Source: Eledone cirrhosa (Eukaryota). Taken from it: a stretch of DNA of 64,000 nt. Below the pieces are notes generated by a model. It did no database searches, was not told where the DNA came from, and was given only the letters and a program-made list of their open reading frames with translations. Of this stretch, positions 34,030 to 48,395 are shown one piece after another. The stretch spans positions 315,518,001-315,582,000 of the forward strand of contig OZ024741.1 of NCBI GenBank assembly GCA_964016885.1. The letters are read 5' to 3'. Position numbers and translations under genes: made by a program. Position 1 is the first letter of the stretch. The number at the start of each line of letters is the position of its first letter.

Positions 34030-34635
34030 GGCTGCCAACTCGTTTTCGAGTACGGCCACTATTTATATCCATGTAGGAGAACCCCTACCGGTGCGCTGAA
34101 CGAGTGTGACTTTTTAGTCCAGCCAGCGATTTGAAAACTCTGGTACAAACACTGCACTTGTGACAATTATTGACACATAGTGCTGGGCCCATGGTACCAT
34201 GTGACGACAAGTGCAGAGCGATCTCCAGGTATAAAGCAATGCCTGTGCCGTGAAGCTTTTATAGTGAGCAAAGGCACTGCACAAAGCCAGTCCCACTCTC
34301 TTAACCAAGATGATATTTACCAAAAAAAGAACAAGTCAACATCATTAGATACCATCAGGGTTGCAGGTGTTATATCAGAGTTTTCCTTCTCCTAGAATTC
34401 TGCCTTGACAAAGGCTAAGGGGTCATCTCTCCCGGTGATTTGGGATGGCCATTGACTCTTAAGAGCTCCTTTGCCCTTTGACAGGTTTTGTGTTTAGTCC
34501 TGCAGGATGTCCAAAATCACCCTCCTCACCAAGAAACCTTGGTGGGGTTGCCAGTTTAGTCGCCAACGACCCGACCATGAAACAGGTTGTACTGGGATAC
34601 ATGTAACCAGTAGCACCAACTGGTGACCTGACATA
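34030..34635 (-). mobile_element. Probable RTE-type LINE 5' UTR fragment
   Basis: Minus strand agcctt...ggca..tctaggagaaggaaaactctg, a motif I recognise from RTE-family leaders; moderately GC-rich. Confidence 0.4.
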
Positions 34636-34637
34636 AA

Positions 34638-35283
34638 TACATGGCTGAATACAATAAATGTAATCTGAGTTTTTCGAATATTAATAATAACATTCGATTC
34701 GTTTGCAATTATGCAAACAAGCCTCATTTTTAAAGCCATATCAGTAGAATAAACCCCTCATTCTTGCACTTGTGCTGGCATGTAAACAGAACTGCAGACA
34801 CTAATGTTTCTGGGTATCACCCTTCATCAAGCTTCTTTGCATAATTGTAAACGAATCGAATGTTATTATTAATGTTGGACGCCATGCTTTCTAGCATAGT
34901 TACGCCCCCTTACAGTCTGAGCTCAAATCCCGCCGAGGTTAACTTTGCCTTTCATCCTTACGGGGTCGATAAAATAAAGTACCAGTAATGTACTGGGTAT
35001 TTTGCTGGCCTTGTGCCTAAAGTAGAAACAATTATTAATATGGATTGGCAGTATCGGTAGCGGGTCTGACGCCATGCTTTTCAGCAAATAGTTACGACCC
35101 TTTATGGTCTGAGTTCAAATCCCGCCGAGGTTAACTTTGCCTTTCATCCTTACGGGGTCGATAAAATAAAGTACCAGTAATACACTGGGATAATTGGTGG
35201 CCTTGTGCCAAAAGTAGGAACAATTATTAATATGCGAAAAACTCAGATTGCATTTATTCTATTCAGCCATGTAGAGCGAAATG
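34638..35283. mobile_element. Second, inverted-repeat copy of the 416-nt retrozyme-like family, interrupted by two tandem SINEs
   Basis: The minus part 34638-34829 ends inside the HHR core. The plus part is 34837-34873 and 35224-35283. Confidence 0.78.
34876..35226 (+). mobile_element. Two head-to-tail SINE copies (34876-35034 and 35040-35226)
   Basis: Both carry the B-box region and the ctttgcctttcatccttacggggtcgataaaataaagtacc core. Confidence 0.88.
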
Positions 35284-35315
35284 TTATATATATATATATA
35301 TTTTTTATATATATA

Positions 35316-35391
<76 letters not shown>

Positions 35392-35393
<2 letters not shown>

Positions 35394-36060
35394 TTGCGAC
35401 CATCTCTTCACGGATTCCTCGTATGTGGACCTTGACCGCGGAATCAACTACCATCCTAGGATTTTACCAACCTTTCCACCACATCTTCTTACGGAATCAC
35501 CTTCATGACTCACCCACACACACACCCAAAAAAATGTTTTGGGCCACACGCCACCTACACCCACAACACGCTTAAACACCACACACACGTGCGTTCCGCC
35601 ACATATTTACACATTCAGCCTCCGGATTCCTCTCCGCCACCCCTCTATCCACACACGCGCACACACTCCGACCTACACCCCACGCCACACACACCTCTTC
35701 CTGAACATGCAACCCCGTTCTTCCCCCAACCCTTGCTTTCACATACACACACACACACACACACACGTACACCTACACACACACACCACCTTCAGCCCTC
35801 CCCGCTCGGACACCCCGTCTCCCTCTCCCCACTCCACCCGCCACCACCCCTACACGCCCCACAACCTTCCACTACCTGTTTTACCCCATTTTAATTTTAT
35901 TTTGATCATGTTTTTATTTTTATTTTCATTAGCACCGTTCCCTCCCACACCCTTTTTGCTATATGTCTCTCCACCACTCCCCTACACACCCTTTGAACTC
36001 TCTTCCCGCACACTTTTCACCTGAAGAAGGGCTTATGCCCGAAACGTCGTTCCCCACCAC
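35392..36060 (+). mobile_element. PLE 3' end (endonuclease tail, 3' UTR, HHR-like motif)
   Basis: CTGAAGAA-GGGC-TTAT-GCCC-GAAACGTC at 36021-36048; upstream ...ILGFYQPF.. remnant; stem I is weak. Confidence 0.6.
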
Positions 36061-36499
36061 CACCCCACTCTCAAGAGCGTGAAATTAATAAACATTCGTT
36101 GTACTGGCTCTCTGTTTTGTTCCTGTTCAAATTTTCCATTATATATATAATATATATATATATATGTAAATATATATATATATGACAGCGAGGAATTTGT
36201 TTTGCAAGGTTTTTTATATGAAATCGTGTGTCGAAACAAATATTGTTATACTTGGGGAGGGTCATATTGTTGTAATAATATTGCCAGAAATAATAACAGA
36301 ACACACACACTGTTTGGTTGGTTTTCGCTTCTGTATCTTTTATATCTGAATAGTGTTTGGCCATCAATGTTTATCATTGATTGACCAACGGTCAAAAATA
36401 CAGATATGAATACATATATATAGTCTAACAAAGTTCTTTCGTTGCACATCTGCAACAACATCAGTGGTACTATTATGTTTCCTCCTGTTGTATTGCAAG

Positions 36500-38985
36500 T
36501 CTACGCCATTTTTATTTTATCTGTTTATTTATTTATTTATTTATTGTCTACGTCTATGCGCATGCGTTTGCGTGTGTGTATAGTGTTTGGTGTGTGTGTT
36601 TGCTTTTGCTTGACTGTGTTTTGGTTATTGCATTCTATCTTAGTTTATTAGTGCGTGTTTACATGTGTTTGTTGTTATTGTGCTTGTGTATATATTCATT
36701 TATTTATTTATTTATTTATATTTATCTTAAGTCAGTATTGTTTGTTTGGGTGTTGTTGTTATTCCATTAATTTTTTTTGTTTAGCTTTGGCTTTCTAAGC
36801 TCTATTTCACTTGCTTCTCTGATTTGCCTAGCTGTTGGGTCATTTCTATGTTTAGATATTATTTTAATTTCCATGTTGTCTATGTTACCGTCATGTCTGG
36901 CGTGTTAGTATAGTACTGAACCGTTTTGTTTTTTTTGTCCTTTTAATTCCCCCCAGTGTTGGTCTATTCTTTCTCCTATGCTTCGAGCTGTCTCAACTAT
37001 GTATGTTGTTGTCATGTTTCTGCAAGTACCCTCTGTACATCTTATGCTATAAACTACATTTCTAGTTTTACAGTTTATCTGGGGGTTTACTTTAATATAA
37101 TACATTTCTTAGTAGTACAGTGGGTTTTCTTAAAAGGGTATGTTTTGCTGATCAGGGATTTCATGGTAGTTCCTGGCTTTTCTACCACTTTAATCTTTAA
37201 ATGGGTCTTTCTCAGGGCCTTCCTACATTGGTTAGCTAATTTCCCTCCAGGGGTAGCGTCCACGAACATGACACTCTGGTATCTTTGGTTGTTGTACCAC
37301 GAGGTGGCTTTCCCTATCTTATGTTTAGTCCTATCTAAGCTATTCCATGATTTGCTCCTGTATAATGGACAAATTCCTTTCATGTCCAGTTCTATGAGTG
37401 TCTTATACTTCTCCGTGGCTCCTTTGTATACTCTGATTCTGTCTCTTTGGTTGTAGCCAGAGAACTGCATGCGGTTGATGAAGTGTTGGGTGTCTTTCCA
37501 TTTCTGTTAGGTCGCACATGCGGGACACGTTCTTCATCACTCGTACCAAGTCTGCGATCAGAATATTAAACTTAGCACTACCGGACATTGCTGAGTTTTT
37601 GAGTATCAGGTATTTGGAGGTCATGGATTTAGCGTAGTGTGAGTGAAGAATTTGGGCCCTCTCGTCTATAGTGTTAATCCAGAGTTCCGTGTCTAATACT
37701 GGTAGTCTATTGTTAGGGTGTTTGGAAGGGCAGTTAATAGTTACAGTTATACTCTGGTGTATGGAGTTAGCTATATGCTGGATGCTTTCCATTGTGCTAT
37801 ATTCTAAATCATGTTCGTTAGTACTCTCTTGTGGGGGTGTCCTTATTACTATATTAACATCGTGTACGCAACGAGAGTACATGATGAGGTTTATGGAGTT
37901 CTCTTCAAGGAGATTTTTGAGTCTCCTTTCCCACCATACCATAAAACGGTAGGCAACATTACCAGCTATACTGACGACAAATGCTGCTCCCTCATTTTGA
38001 GTGTAGATATTTTCATTGAATTTGAATATATGGCCCTTTAGGGTAGTTTTAATACTAGCTCCTATTGCACCGCGAACATTTTTCTCACCTGATTATTGTT
38101 TTGGGGTGTCCTTATGGCTTTGGTCCACCCAATTCACCTTCCCATGGGAGTGTTTTTAGTCATTGAGGTTATGGTATTGGGGGGTCTACCTCTTATGGGT
38201 CTACTAGGGCAGAAACCACTAAGGTCATGGTTGTCTAGTTACTCGGTGTCATAAGTAAGTCTAAGTAGGAGGCCCAGTTCATCTGTGTCGACGTCGCAGA
38301 ACTCCGCCTCACACTCACTGATTATTTCCGCACATTTTTCCATAGCAAAGTCAATGTTAATGGATGGATAGTGTGATACCACATCCATACTGCCTATTAT
38401 ACAGTTAGATAGGTTTTTGTTTTTGTTGCACTCATTGATTCTGCTGAGGAGGTCCTCTGGACTGTCATATACATCTGGGGACATCTTAATTATGGGGCAT
38501 ATAACCATTGAGAGGAAGTAGGAGATCCTGTAGTTGCTAGCGATATTGGCTCCGCATACAGGTCATGTTGGTGGTCTTGTCGTCGGGTCGTCGACTGTCT
38601 TATGGTCTTTGCAGAGCCCATACAAGGGTGGTATGCCATTGTTAGACGCCTGGAAGTTGTTGGCAGTGCGTCTGCTTGGCTGTAGGATGTCGGTCCACAT
38701 CATCATGTGAGTGTTGAGGATCTTCTCTTTCCCCTCATGTGTTTGTTGAGTAATTTAGCTCGTGTTGGTGATGCGGGGTTGCATAGTCTTGATATAGTTC
38801 GGCATGCTGTCTATCGTGATCCTACCAGATTTATCTGGGTGAGGCTAACTAAGCCTTCTACAGCTTCCCTTCCAAGTTGTTGGACCTCTGGTCTGCTTTG
38901 TCTCTTAGTATATCGGTCTACTATTTGTCTAATTTTATTTCTAGCTATGGTGAACTGTGCCTCTGTCTCGTCATCTTGTTTGTTG
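36500..38985 (-). mobile_element. Decayed Nematis-like PLE (RT plus GIY-YIG)
   Basis: PPLYG..KDHK, IGSMDVVSHYPSI, YSRCVHDV, LPVLDTELW, HYAKSMTS, VMFVDATPGGKL, KVVEKPG, CKTRNVVYSIRC..YIVETARS..ER..QH; many frameshifts. Confidence 0.88.
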
Positions 38986-39530
38986 AATATATATGATAAA
39001 AAATATATATATGTGTGGGGGGTGTCTCTGTTTGTGTGTATGTGTGTCTGTATGTAAATGTAAATATATGTGTGTATGTATGTGTGTATATGTATACATA
39101 TTTATATATATGTATATATATGTATATATATGTATATATATATATGTATGTGCTTGTGTATGTGTGTGTGTGTGTATGTATGTATTCGTGTATATATATA
39201 AGTATATGAGTGTGTTTGTGTGTGTGTGTGCGTGTTTGTAGGCATCTGATCAATAGCAATTGTGAGCTGAAGTGAACCTTAAAAATCAGGAATGGAATCT
39301 CCAGTGTAAACCTGTCTTTAGAATTTTTTAAAGAATTCCCTTTTCTTTAAACCCATCAACCAATGACCTCCAACCATCCCAAATACCACCCTCTCCTACC
39401 ACCAGAAAAGATATAAATCCACCACATTACTTGGACAGTTGGCTACTTGATGATTTCTCCCGAATGAAACAGTTCTAGTCCCGAAGAAGCCATTTCTATA
39501 ATAAATATTTATACTCTGCTTTTTACTGAT

Positions 39531-42500
39531 TAAAACGAAATGTTTTACTTTGTGTGAAGTGTTAAGGTATTAGTTGATTTATTTATTATTTAACAATGGC
39601 ATTTATTTATCTATTTATATATTTAATTATTGTCTATTACCGGTTTCAGAATGTTTATGCATTATCAAATGATAGTGAAATGTATTAGTGTGGTGTCGCA
39701 CATGTTAAACAGAAGGTGCAGAAAGAATAATGTTATTTACAAACAAGGTTTATGAAGTAAAAAGGAAAAAGAAAAATGAAAAAAAAACGTGCATAATGAA
39801 GAACATAAAAAGTCAATGTGGAAGAAAAAATAATGTTATTTACAAGCAAAGTCATTGAAGTTAAGCAGATCAAAATGTGTTAATATAGCAAGAGTGCTTA
39901 GTTGATCCATGATTCCGTGATTGAGGCAATGCTGGACTGAGGTTTGATATGATTTCCCTTTTTAGAGAGTTAATATGCAGGGGGAAGCAATTCTTGCTGG
40001 ATGATATTTAATTTATTTAAGAAAAAGGATTAGGTAGGGTATGAGGGAGGTAACTCTTGTAAATGTTTGATTGTTTGTTGCAGTTTTAGATTCGTCCGAT
40101 TTTTAGAGCATTAAGTAGGGGTTGAAATTTATTGATGAAATATGTTTCCTTGGAATGAAAGTAGCGTTGTCTATGAATTTGTAAATGGTGAAAATTTTAA
40201 AGTTTGGATGTTGGTTGTGAGCACAATTGGCGATATGTTCACTAAATGCAATCTTTCTGTATTCCTGTATTTTAATTTGTGATTTATGGACGGTCATATG
40301 TTAACGGAGGCTGTTTTTTGTCTGTCCTATGTAGTGCTCTTGACAACCTGAGCAGGTCAAAACATAGATAAGGTTTTCAGATGCACATGTAAAGTTGTGT
40401 TTAACTGTGAAACGCTGTCCTTGTTTAAAATGGAATGTTGAACCTTCTATTAGATTGATGCATATGCCACAGTTGGGCCTTCCGCATTTTGTTATTGTAG
40501 GGTTCATTGTGGGGGTTTGTTGGGTTGTCTTTTGCTCTTTATGATATTGTGTGTTTGGAGGATTTTGTTCATTCTTTGGTCTCTTTTTAGTAAAGGAATG
40601 TTCTGGAGGATGGTGTCGAATGCCTCATTGTTGAGGGGGTTGTGTGTGGAGATGTATGGTAGAGTTTTTTGTTGCGGTTTCTTCCTGGGTTTGGGGTGTC
40701 TGAGTTCCTGGATGTCTAGTTTTAAGGCACGTTGGAATCCATTGGTGATTAGGGATGGTGGGTAGTTTCTGCTGATCAGTGTGTGTTTTTAATTCTTCTA
40801 GTCGTGTGTAGCATGTGAATTTATCTGAAACGATTGTGCAGATCCTTCTGGCTAGGTTATAAGGAATTGCCATTTTGGTTTGTCTAGGGTGGCACGAGTT
40901 AAATGGAAGATATTGTTTGGAGTCTGTGGGTTTGTAGTATATGTCTGTTTCTATTTTGTTGCTTGTTTTCTTGATGAGGATGTCGAGGAAAGGGAGTTGT
41001 TCATGGCTGTAATCCATTGTGAATTGTAAGTTTGTGTTGAGTCCATTCAGAAGGGTTTTAAACTCAAACAGTCTATCTATACTTTCATGCCAGAGGATGA
41101 AGCAGTCGTCCAGATATCTCTTCCAGTTCTTTTCTATGTGTTGGTAGAAGTGGTTACCGTATTTGTCTAGAACTTTGCGGTAGAGAATGGTTTCCAAATA
41201 TCCCATGACAAGGTTGGCGTATGAGGGAGCCACTTTCGTGCCCATGGCAGTGCCAGATTTCTGTCTGTAGTATTTGGCATTGAATTCGAAGCAATTGTTT
41301 TCCAAGATGAATTTGAGTCCCTCCAACACAATTTTTTTAGGGATGCGCTGTGGGAGTTCACTAGGGAAATGTTCCATCCAGAATTGTATTGCCTCTATAC
41401 CTAGGTTTTATGGGATATTGGAATATAAATTGATGACATCAAAGGTTACTAGCAGGGTATGTTCCTTATTGAGTGTTGTTGGGAGGTGGTTGAGCATGTC
41501 AAAGTCGTCCCTTATGAAGCTTTTTATAAGTTTTAGGAAAGGTTTAAGCAGTATATCTAGGAAGTTGCATAGGCGGTGGGTTTCACATGTGGTGCCTGCT
41601 ATTATGGGACTTGATTTAAGGTCATCAGGAGGGGCTATATTGATGTAAACGTCAGTGGCTTGCTTGCAGGCCCTACCTATTACTTCGCTTTTGTGTGTCT
41701 TGGGGATACCGTAGAAGAGGCTGGTTCTGCTTTTGAAATTGGTGATGTAGCTGTATTCCTTGTCTGTAAGGCCTTCTTTGTAAAGGGATGTTAGGGATTT
41801 TAGGTTTCCCATTACTTTCTGTTGTGTCTATTGCTGGGCCTTTTCATAATATGTTTGGTTTTCTAGAGTTGAGAGTACTAGAGTTGTGTAATAATCTGTC
41901 TCCATAAGGACTACTGCACTCCTTTTATCTGCCTCTTTGATTGTTAGGGTTTTGTCGTTTTTTAGACTGTTAAGACCATTCCATTCTTTTTTGCTTAGAT
42001 TTGGTTTTTGTTTATGTCTGTGTAGGTGGTGGTATGGGTAATTAGTAATGTGTTCGCAGAATTGATCGAGGAATTTATTCTTGCCTTTTTTGGGGTGTAG
42101 TTGCTTCTATTTCTGGCTATTGAGTAATCATCATTGTATTTGTCGTATAGTTGTTCGCTGAGTCTTAGTTTTCTACAGAATTCTGCAATATCTTCCTTCA
42201 TTTCGGGGTAGTTTGATTGTTGGGGAGTTGGTGTAAATTTTAGACCTTTGGAGAGTATGTTGATTTGGTCTGTTGTTAATTCTTTAGAGGTTAAATTGAC
42301 AATTTTTATTGCATTTTGTGTCTCCTGTGTGTTTTGTGTTTTCTTGTAATCCTGTGTCTGTGTGCTGTGTCTAAAAATGATTACGGAAGTTGTGATGGCT
42401 GTTGAAGTTTGGATGTCTCTTATAGTTGATTTGGCCCCTGCTGTTGTTGTAAGATGGTGTGTAGCTGAGGTGGTTGTTGAGTTTAGGTTGTATCGTGTGG

Positions 42501-44927
42501 TTGTATTGAGCCCTGCTGATGTTGTCGTAGGGTGTGTAGATTTGATGGACGTGGTTATAGGGTGTGAAGTTGTGGTGGTATCGTGTGGTTGTGCTGAGCA
42601 CTGCTGTTGTTGTAGGGTGTGTAGACTTGGTGGTGTTGTAGTAGGGTTGTCTTGTGTGTTCATATTGAGTCCTGTTGTTGCTGTTATATGGTGTGTAGCT
42701 AAGGTGGTTGTAGTGGTTAGGGTGTCTCGTGAGGTTGTATTGTCCCCTGCTGGTGTTGTAGTAGGGTGTGGTTAGTGGGGAGGGTAGATTAGGGTTTCCT
42801 TATAGCTGGTGTGTGGTTGTGAGGCCCTGTGTGACATGTGTGGTAGTTGTGTATTTTGTTGTGTGGGGGATGTTAGGGGAGTTGTAAGTGTGGGGGGTTT
42901 TATGGTTTCTCCTGGTAGGAGAGAAGTTGTAGTGTCTATCTTGTAGTTGATGTTTCTCTATTACTATATTTGTTGCTTGGGAGTCCGTGTGGTAGTTGTG
43001 AGGGGGTGTAGGAGGTAGGGGCGAGGTGATGCCTTCTTTTGTTGGTATGTGGGGAGGTATTGTTTTTTTGTTGTTGTTGGTTGTTGTGTGGTGTTTGGGT
43101 GTTGATTGAGTTTTCTTGTTATTATGGTTTTAATGAAGGGTTTCTTGGATGTGTGTTCTTTTTGGAAAAGTGTTTCATAGTTAAAGAACTAGGTTTCGTT
43201 TATTTCCCAGCGTTGAAGGGATTTTAATTCTTCCCTATTACAGTCCTCTAACCATAATTTTGAAATATTTTCTAGGGTGGTGTCTTTGGTTATATTTGAT
43301 CCTATCTTCATTTGCTTGGACTTTTCAATTTAAGGAGTTCAATTTCGGTTTTTATGTTATCAAGTGCCATTCTTTCCCTGAGGTGTCTTTGTGTCTCTGG
43401 TCCGTTTGGGATGGATATAATTTGTAGTTTGAGGGAGATGATTAATGGGGATGAGTTAATCCATTTTTCATAGATCTCCGCTTTGTTATTGTTTTGTATC
43501 ATCTTCCAAAAGGAGAATTTCCTGTTTTTAAGAAACACACTTATCAGCAGAAACTACCCACCATCCCTAATCACCAATGGATTCCAACGTGCCCTAAAAC
43601 TAGACATCCAGGAACTCAGACACCCCAAACCCAGGAAGGAACAGCAACAAAAAACTCTACCATACATCTCCACACACAACCCCCTCAACAATGAGGCATT
43701 CGACACCATCCTCCAGAACATTCCTTCACTAAAAAGAGACCCTAGAATGAACAAAATCCTCCAGACACACAATATCATAAAGAGCAAAAGAGCAAAAGAC
43801 AACCCAAATCCATAAAAAACACCCTCACACAAGCCAAAATCCAACAAATCCTCACAATGAACCCTATAATAACAAAATGCGGAAGGCCCAACAACGGCAT
43901 AGGCATCAATCTAATAGAAACTTCAACATTCCATTTTAAACAAGGACAGCGTTTCACAGTTAAACACAACTTTACATGTGCATCTGAAAACCTTATCTAT
44001 GTTTTGACCTGCTCAGGTTGTCAAGAGCACTACATAGGACAGACAAAAAACAGCCTCTGTCAAAATATGACCGTCCATAAATCACAAATTAAAATACAGG
44101 AATACAGAAAGATTGCATTTAGTGAACATATCGCCAATTGTGCTCACAACCAACATCCAAACTTTAAAATTTTCACCATTTACAAATTCATAGACAACGC
44201 TACTTTCATTCCAAGGAAACATATTTCATCAATAAATTTCAACCCCTACTTAATGCTCTAAAAATCGGACGAATCTAAAACTGCAACAAACAATCAAACA
44301 TTTACAAGAGTTACCTCCCTCACACCCTACCTAATCCTTTTTCTTAAATAAATTAAATATCATCCAGCAAGAATTGCTTCCCCTGCATATTAACTCTCTA
44401 AAAAGGGAAATCATATCAAACCTCAGTCCAGTATTTGCCTCCATCACGGAATCATGGATCAACTAAGCACTCTTGCTATATTAACACATTTTGATCTGCT
44501 TAACTTCAATGACTTTGCTTGTAAATAACATTATTTTTTCTTCCACATTGACTTTTTATGTTCTTCATTATACACGTTTTTTTTTCATTTTTCTTTTTCC
44601 TTTTTACTTCATAAACCTTGTTTGTAAATAACATTATTCTTTCTGCACCTTCTGTTTAACATGTGCGACACCACACTAATACATTTCACTATCATTTGAT
44701 AAGATAATGCATAAAAATGGTGAAACCGGTAATAAACAATAATTAAATATATAAATAGATAAATAAATGCCATTGTTAAATAATAAATAAATCAACTAAT
44801 ACAAAGTAAAACATTTCGTTTTATACATTTTCTAACCCAGAAAAAAAGAGAGAGAGAAACAAAAAAGGAAAAACATATATATTTTTCTTCCTAATAATCG
44901 CCTCTTTCTCCCTGTTTTAATATATAT

Positions 44928-44930
<3 letters not shown>
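39531..44930 (-). mobile_element. Near full-length Neptune-like PLE (minus, about 43535 to 39531) with a 1.4-kb inverted 3' copy (about 43530-44930, +)
   Basis: NLTSKEL..LSKGLKFTPTP, IKEADKGS, FYGIPKTHK, TFDVINLYSNIP, GTAMGTKVAPSYANL, KRYLDDCF, LPFLDI, YKPTD..SCHP, CGRPNCGIC, NLIYVLTCSGCQEHYIGQT. Frameshifted, with a Thr-rich repetitive N-terminal linker. Confidence 0.95.
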
Positions 44931-44967
<37 letters not shown>

Positions 44968-44984
44968 TATGTATATATATGTAT

Positions 44985-45016
<32 letters not shown>

Positions 45017-45039
45017 ACTCTTAGTGTGAAGTTTGGGTT

Positions 45040-45092
45040 TGAAATAAATCTTTTGTGACATCAGTCGTGGAACTTTTACCGACACACCTCGT
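45040..45092 (-). mobile_element. Possible mariner-type terminal inverted repeat remnant
   Basis: Minus strand tacgaggtgtgtcggtaaaagttcc abuts TA; no partner TIR seen. Confidence 0.35.
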
Positions 45093-45154
45093 ATATATAT
45101 ATTTACACTCTCTCTCGCTCTATATATACATACAGAATATACATATATATATAT

Positions 45155-45229
<75 letters not shown>

Positions 45230-45805
45230 ATATTTTACAGCCTCAATAGAACTACCTCGCACTCATATGTTGTATATTATGTTATTGCCAGTTATCCTGT
45301 TAATCGTCATACTTTCAACTCTGATAACAGCATTCCAGTGCAAGTATGTGCTTTCTTGTATCAATTCAGTAATCATTGAATTTGAACCTGTCATGTGTTT
45401 AGTTTTACAGTCAATAAAATTGCAGATTTTTTAAATTTTGTATGTGAACATTAAGTAATGGACCTCCATAAGTTTCAGCAATGGGTGTTCAATATAAACA
45501 CTTCTTTTCCCAGTTACATTGTCTTGTGAATATTAATGACCACTTATGTTAATATTAAATGTACTAATTACAGTCTTTTGACTAATTATTGCCTCATATA
45601 TTCTGACCAGGACATTTTAAAAAATGTTTTCTTAATTGACACCAACATAGTATTTTTTTTTTTCATTTTGATAGAATAAAAAAGCAAACTATGCCTCGAT
45701 GTTATTTGAACACAGATACATCAGACATAAAGCTGGGAACAATAAACTAATACATACAGTACTCAATATTGTGGACTTCCTCTACATTTAATATTAGTAT
45801 TTTAC

Positions 45806-46003
45806 AGGGTGGTGGATTGGAAGTATCGGTAGAGGCTCGGACGCCTATGGCTCTTTATGATCTAAGTTCAAATCCCGCCGACGTTAACTTTGCCTTTCAT
45901 CCTTACGGGGTCGATAAAATAAAGTACCAGTCACGCACTGGCGTCGATTTAATCGACTTTCCCCTTCCCCAAAATTGCTGGCCTCGTGCCTATATAAGAA
46001 AGC
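45806..46003 (+). mobile_element. SINE with a 16-bp target-site duplication
   Basis: Core gttcaaatcccgccg...ggggtcgataaaataaagtaccag; aatattagtattttac at 45790-45805 and 46004-46019. Confidence 0.9.
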
Positions 46004-47682
46004 AATATTAGTATTTTACTGTTTTGACAAAATACACAGAGGGAATATTTTAATGAATTAATTACATTTTCTATAGTCCAATCAATATTAAGTTTATGAT
46101 ACCATTACATCAAGAACAAAATGTCACGTATGAAATGGATACTTACTGAAACAGTTTATAATTGTGTCTAATATGGTGAAGTTTAATACAGTGATAACAT
46201 CTCTACCAGACAACTGATTCAGTTGTGAATACAATGAATACAACGATACAGACGTATATATACAGAGACACTTATAAGTAAGTAATGTGTTAGTACAGAG
46301 CAGTAAGACGATTTTATTTATAGCTTAATCAGACTACATTTTTGATTGTATAATAACAATCACTGTTTGATTTGAAAATATTGTTGATATTCCTAGATTT
46401 GACAGAAGATAAACAGATAATTAGAAAAACATAGTTCAAAACTGTAAAATTGATCCTATTAGTCATCGTTCTTGTCATGAAGAATATTGGGGATTCCTAA
46501 CTTAAGAAGAAAGACACAAATTTTAGGGAGTGATGTTTGTATACATAGAAAGTTTATCAGGAACGAAAGAATGGAAGTAAAGTTTTATTGAATGAGGTTT
46601 GAACTGTATGTGTAAAAGGATAAAACTCTTTACATATCATTAAGAATAGCGCGCTAACGTCTCTGCTTACCAACATCTTTCGGAAATTAAATAATATCCT
46701 AATTATGAGGGAGCCAAATGTAATATTTTATTATAGTTTTTCACTACTACATTAATCCATGTTCAAATCCATCTGGAGATAATTTCCTTTTTCATAACAG
46801 TATAATTTACTGGGGGCTTACTAATTTCATTAATCTTCTGTTATTGTTTAGGCTTGGGCCAGTCATAACTGAAAAAACCTGTGATTAAAAGCATTCCAGC
46901 CATGACCATACTGACATTTATGTGTCTTTCAGACAAAGTTATCCAAAGTGTTTTTGACTGCTTTCTTTAGCGGGTTGGGCGGAATTAAAGAAAGTTTCTC
47001 TACCTCACTTTTTTAAATAAATATGTTAACCGTTCAAATAACTTTCTAACAAATAGATTCGCAGAACCAATTAGATGTAGCCAGGTCTCAGACATTTGTA
47101 TCTGTCAGGTTTTGATTGATACAAGACACTCAAATACCTTTAGTTCATGCATTATCCTTATTGAATAGACATGTTATAGATATTATCTCAATAACTATAT
47201 ATTTCCCAAACCCAGTGAAAATAAAATTTTAAATAGAGATAACACTCAATCTGATGAAGTCTCAGCCAAGTAACATCAAATATATTATCCAGAAATCAAA
47301 TTATATAACAAGATTAACAATTTTTTTAAAAGTTACCAATTTGCATCAGCCCTGATATATATACCTAAGGCATATTGCCTATAAGAAATATGACTTACAT
47401 GGCCACGATAATATAAACTGTCATGACATATGTATTGAGAAACCGAACCGATTCGCAATACAAGACTGTTACTTATTCTATCGACTAATTAGTAGCGGTG
47501 AAAATCACATTCGTATCAGAACATAAATGAGTGAAAATAAATAACACAAGAACATATTTTATATTGGTTAAAATAATGTTCTTACCTAGGTTAATTGTTT
47601 CAATTATATAAGAATGGAGGAATTAGATTGTTCGATGAGAATATCGGTCTCGAAATTATTAAGCTTCAAAGTGAATTAAATA

Positions 47683-47860
47683 GTTGTTTCTACTTTTGGC
47701 ACAAAGCCAGCAATTATCCCAGTGTATTTTATTTTATCGACCCAGTAAGGATGAAAGGCAAAGTTAACCTCGGCGGGATTTGAACTCAGACCATAAAGGG
47801 CCGTAACTCTATGCCGCAAGGCATGGTGTCTGACCCTCTATCGATACTGCTAATCCACCG
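47683..47860 (-). mobile_element. SINE
   Basis: Reverse complement of the 4144 family. Confidence 0.85.
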
Positions 47861-48012
47861 ATGTGAGATTGTGACGAATTCGTCATTTTCTCGTCAATTA
47901 TTTTTATTTCGTTAATAGCTATGTTATTTAATTTTCTTTAAATTTCCATTTGCTGTAGTAAAAATAAAAGTTACTTTTACATTAATTCTAACTTTATAAT
48001 ATGCCATGTATA

Positions 48013-48239
48013 TAGGGGCAGTGGAAGCATTTCTGTATTAAGGGCCTAAATTTGATCAATTTAGATTAGTTTAGCTCTTTGCACGGTAAAATGGTCAGAA
48101 AACTTCGATAAGCGATAAACATAACATGTAGATAAATTGTAGCGCATATCCAAATAGATATGTGTTTTGGTAGTTTGGGGAGAAAAATATAATTATTGTG
48201 GGGAACATGCCCCCTGCATCTCGATTTCCACCACCCCTG
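48013..48239. mobile_element. Non-autonomous DNA transposon (MITE), short version
   Basis: TIR-like taggggcagtggaa / ttccaccacccctg; internal homology to 60921-61377. Confidence 0.7.
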
Positions 48240-48308
48240 TATGTATATATATATATATACATGTATATATATATATATATATATACAGTACTAACCGTTG
48301 TGTTACTA

Positions 48309-48395
<87 letters not shown>

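Noticed and set aside
45250-47680. Host exons in the least repetitive stretch
   Set aside because: No ORF or splice pattern I can support; it looks intronic or intergenic.
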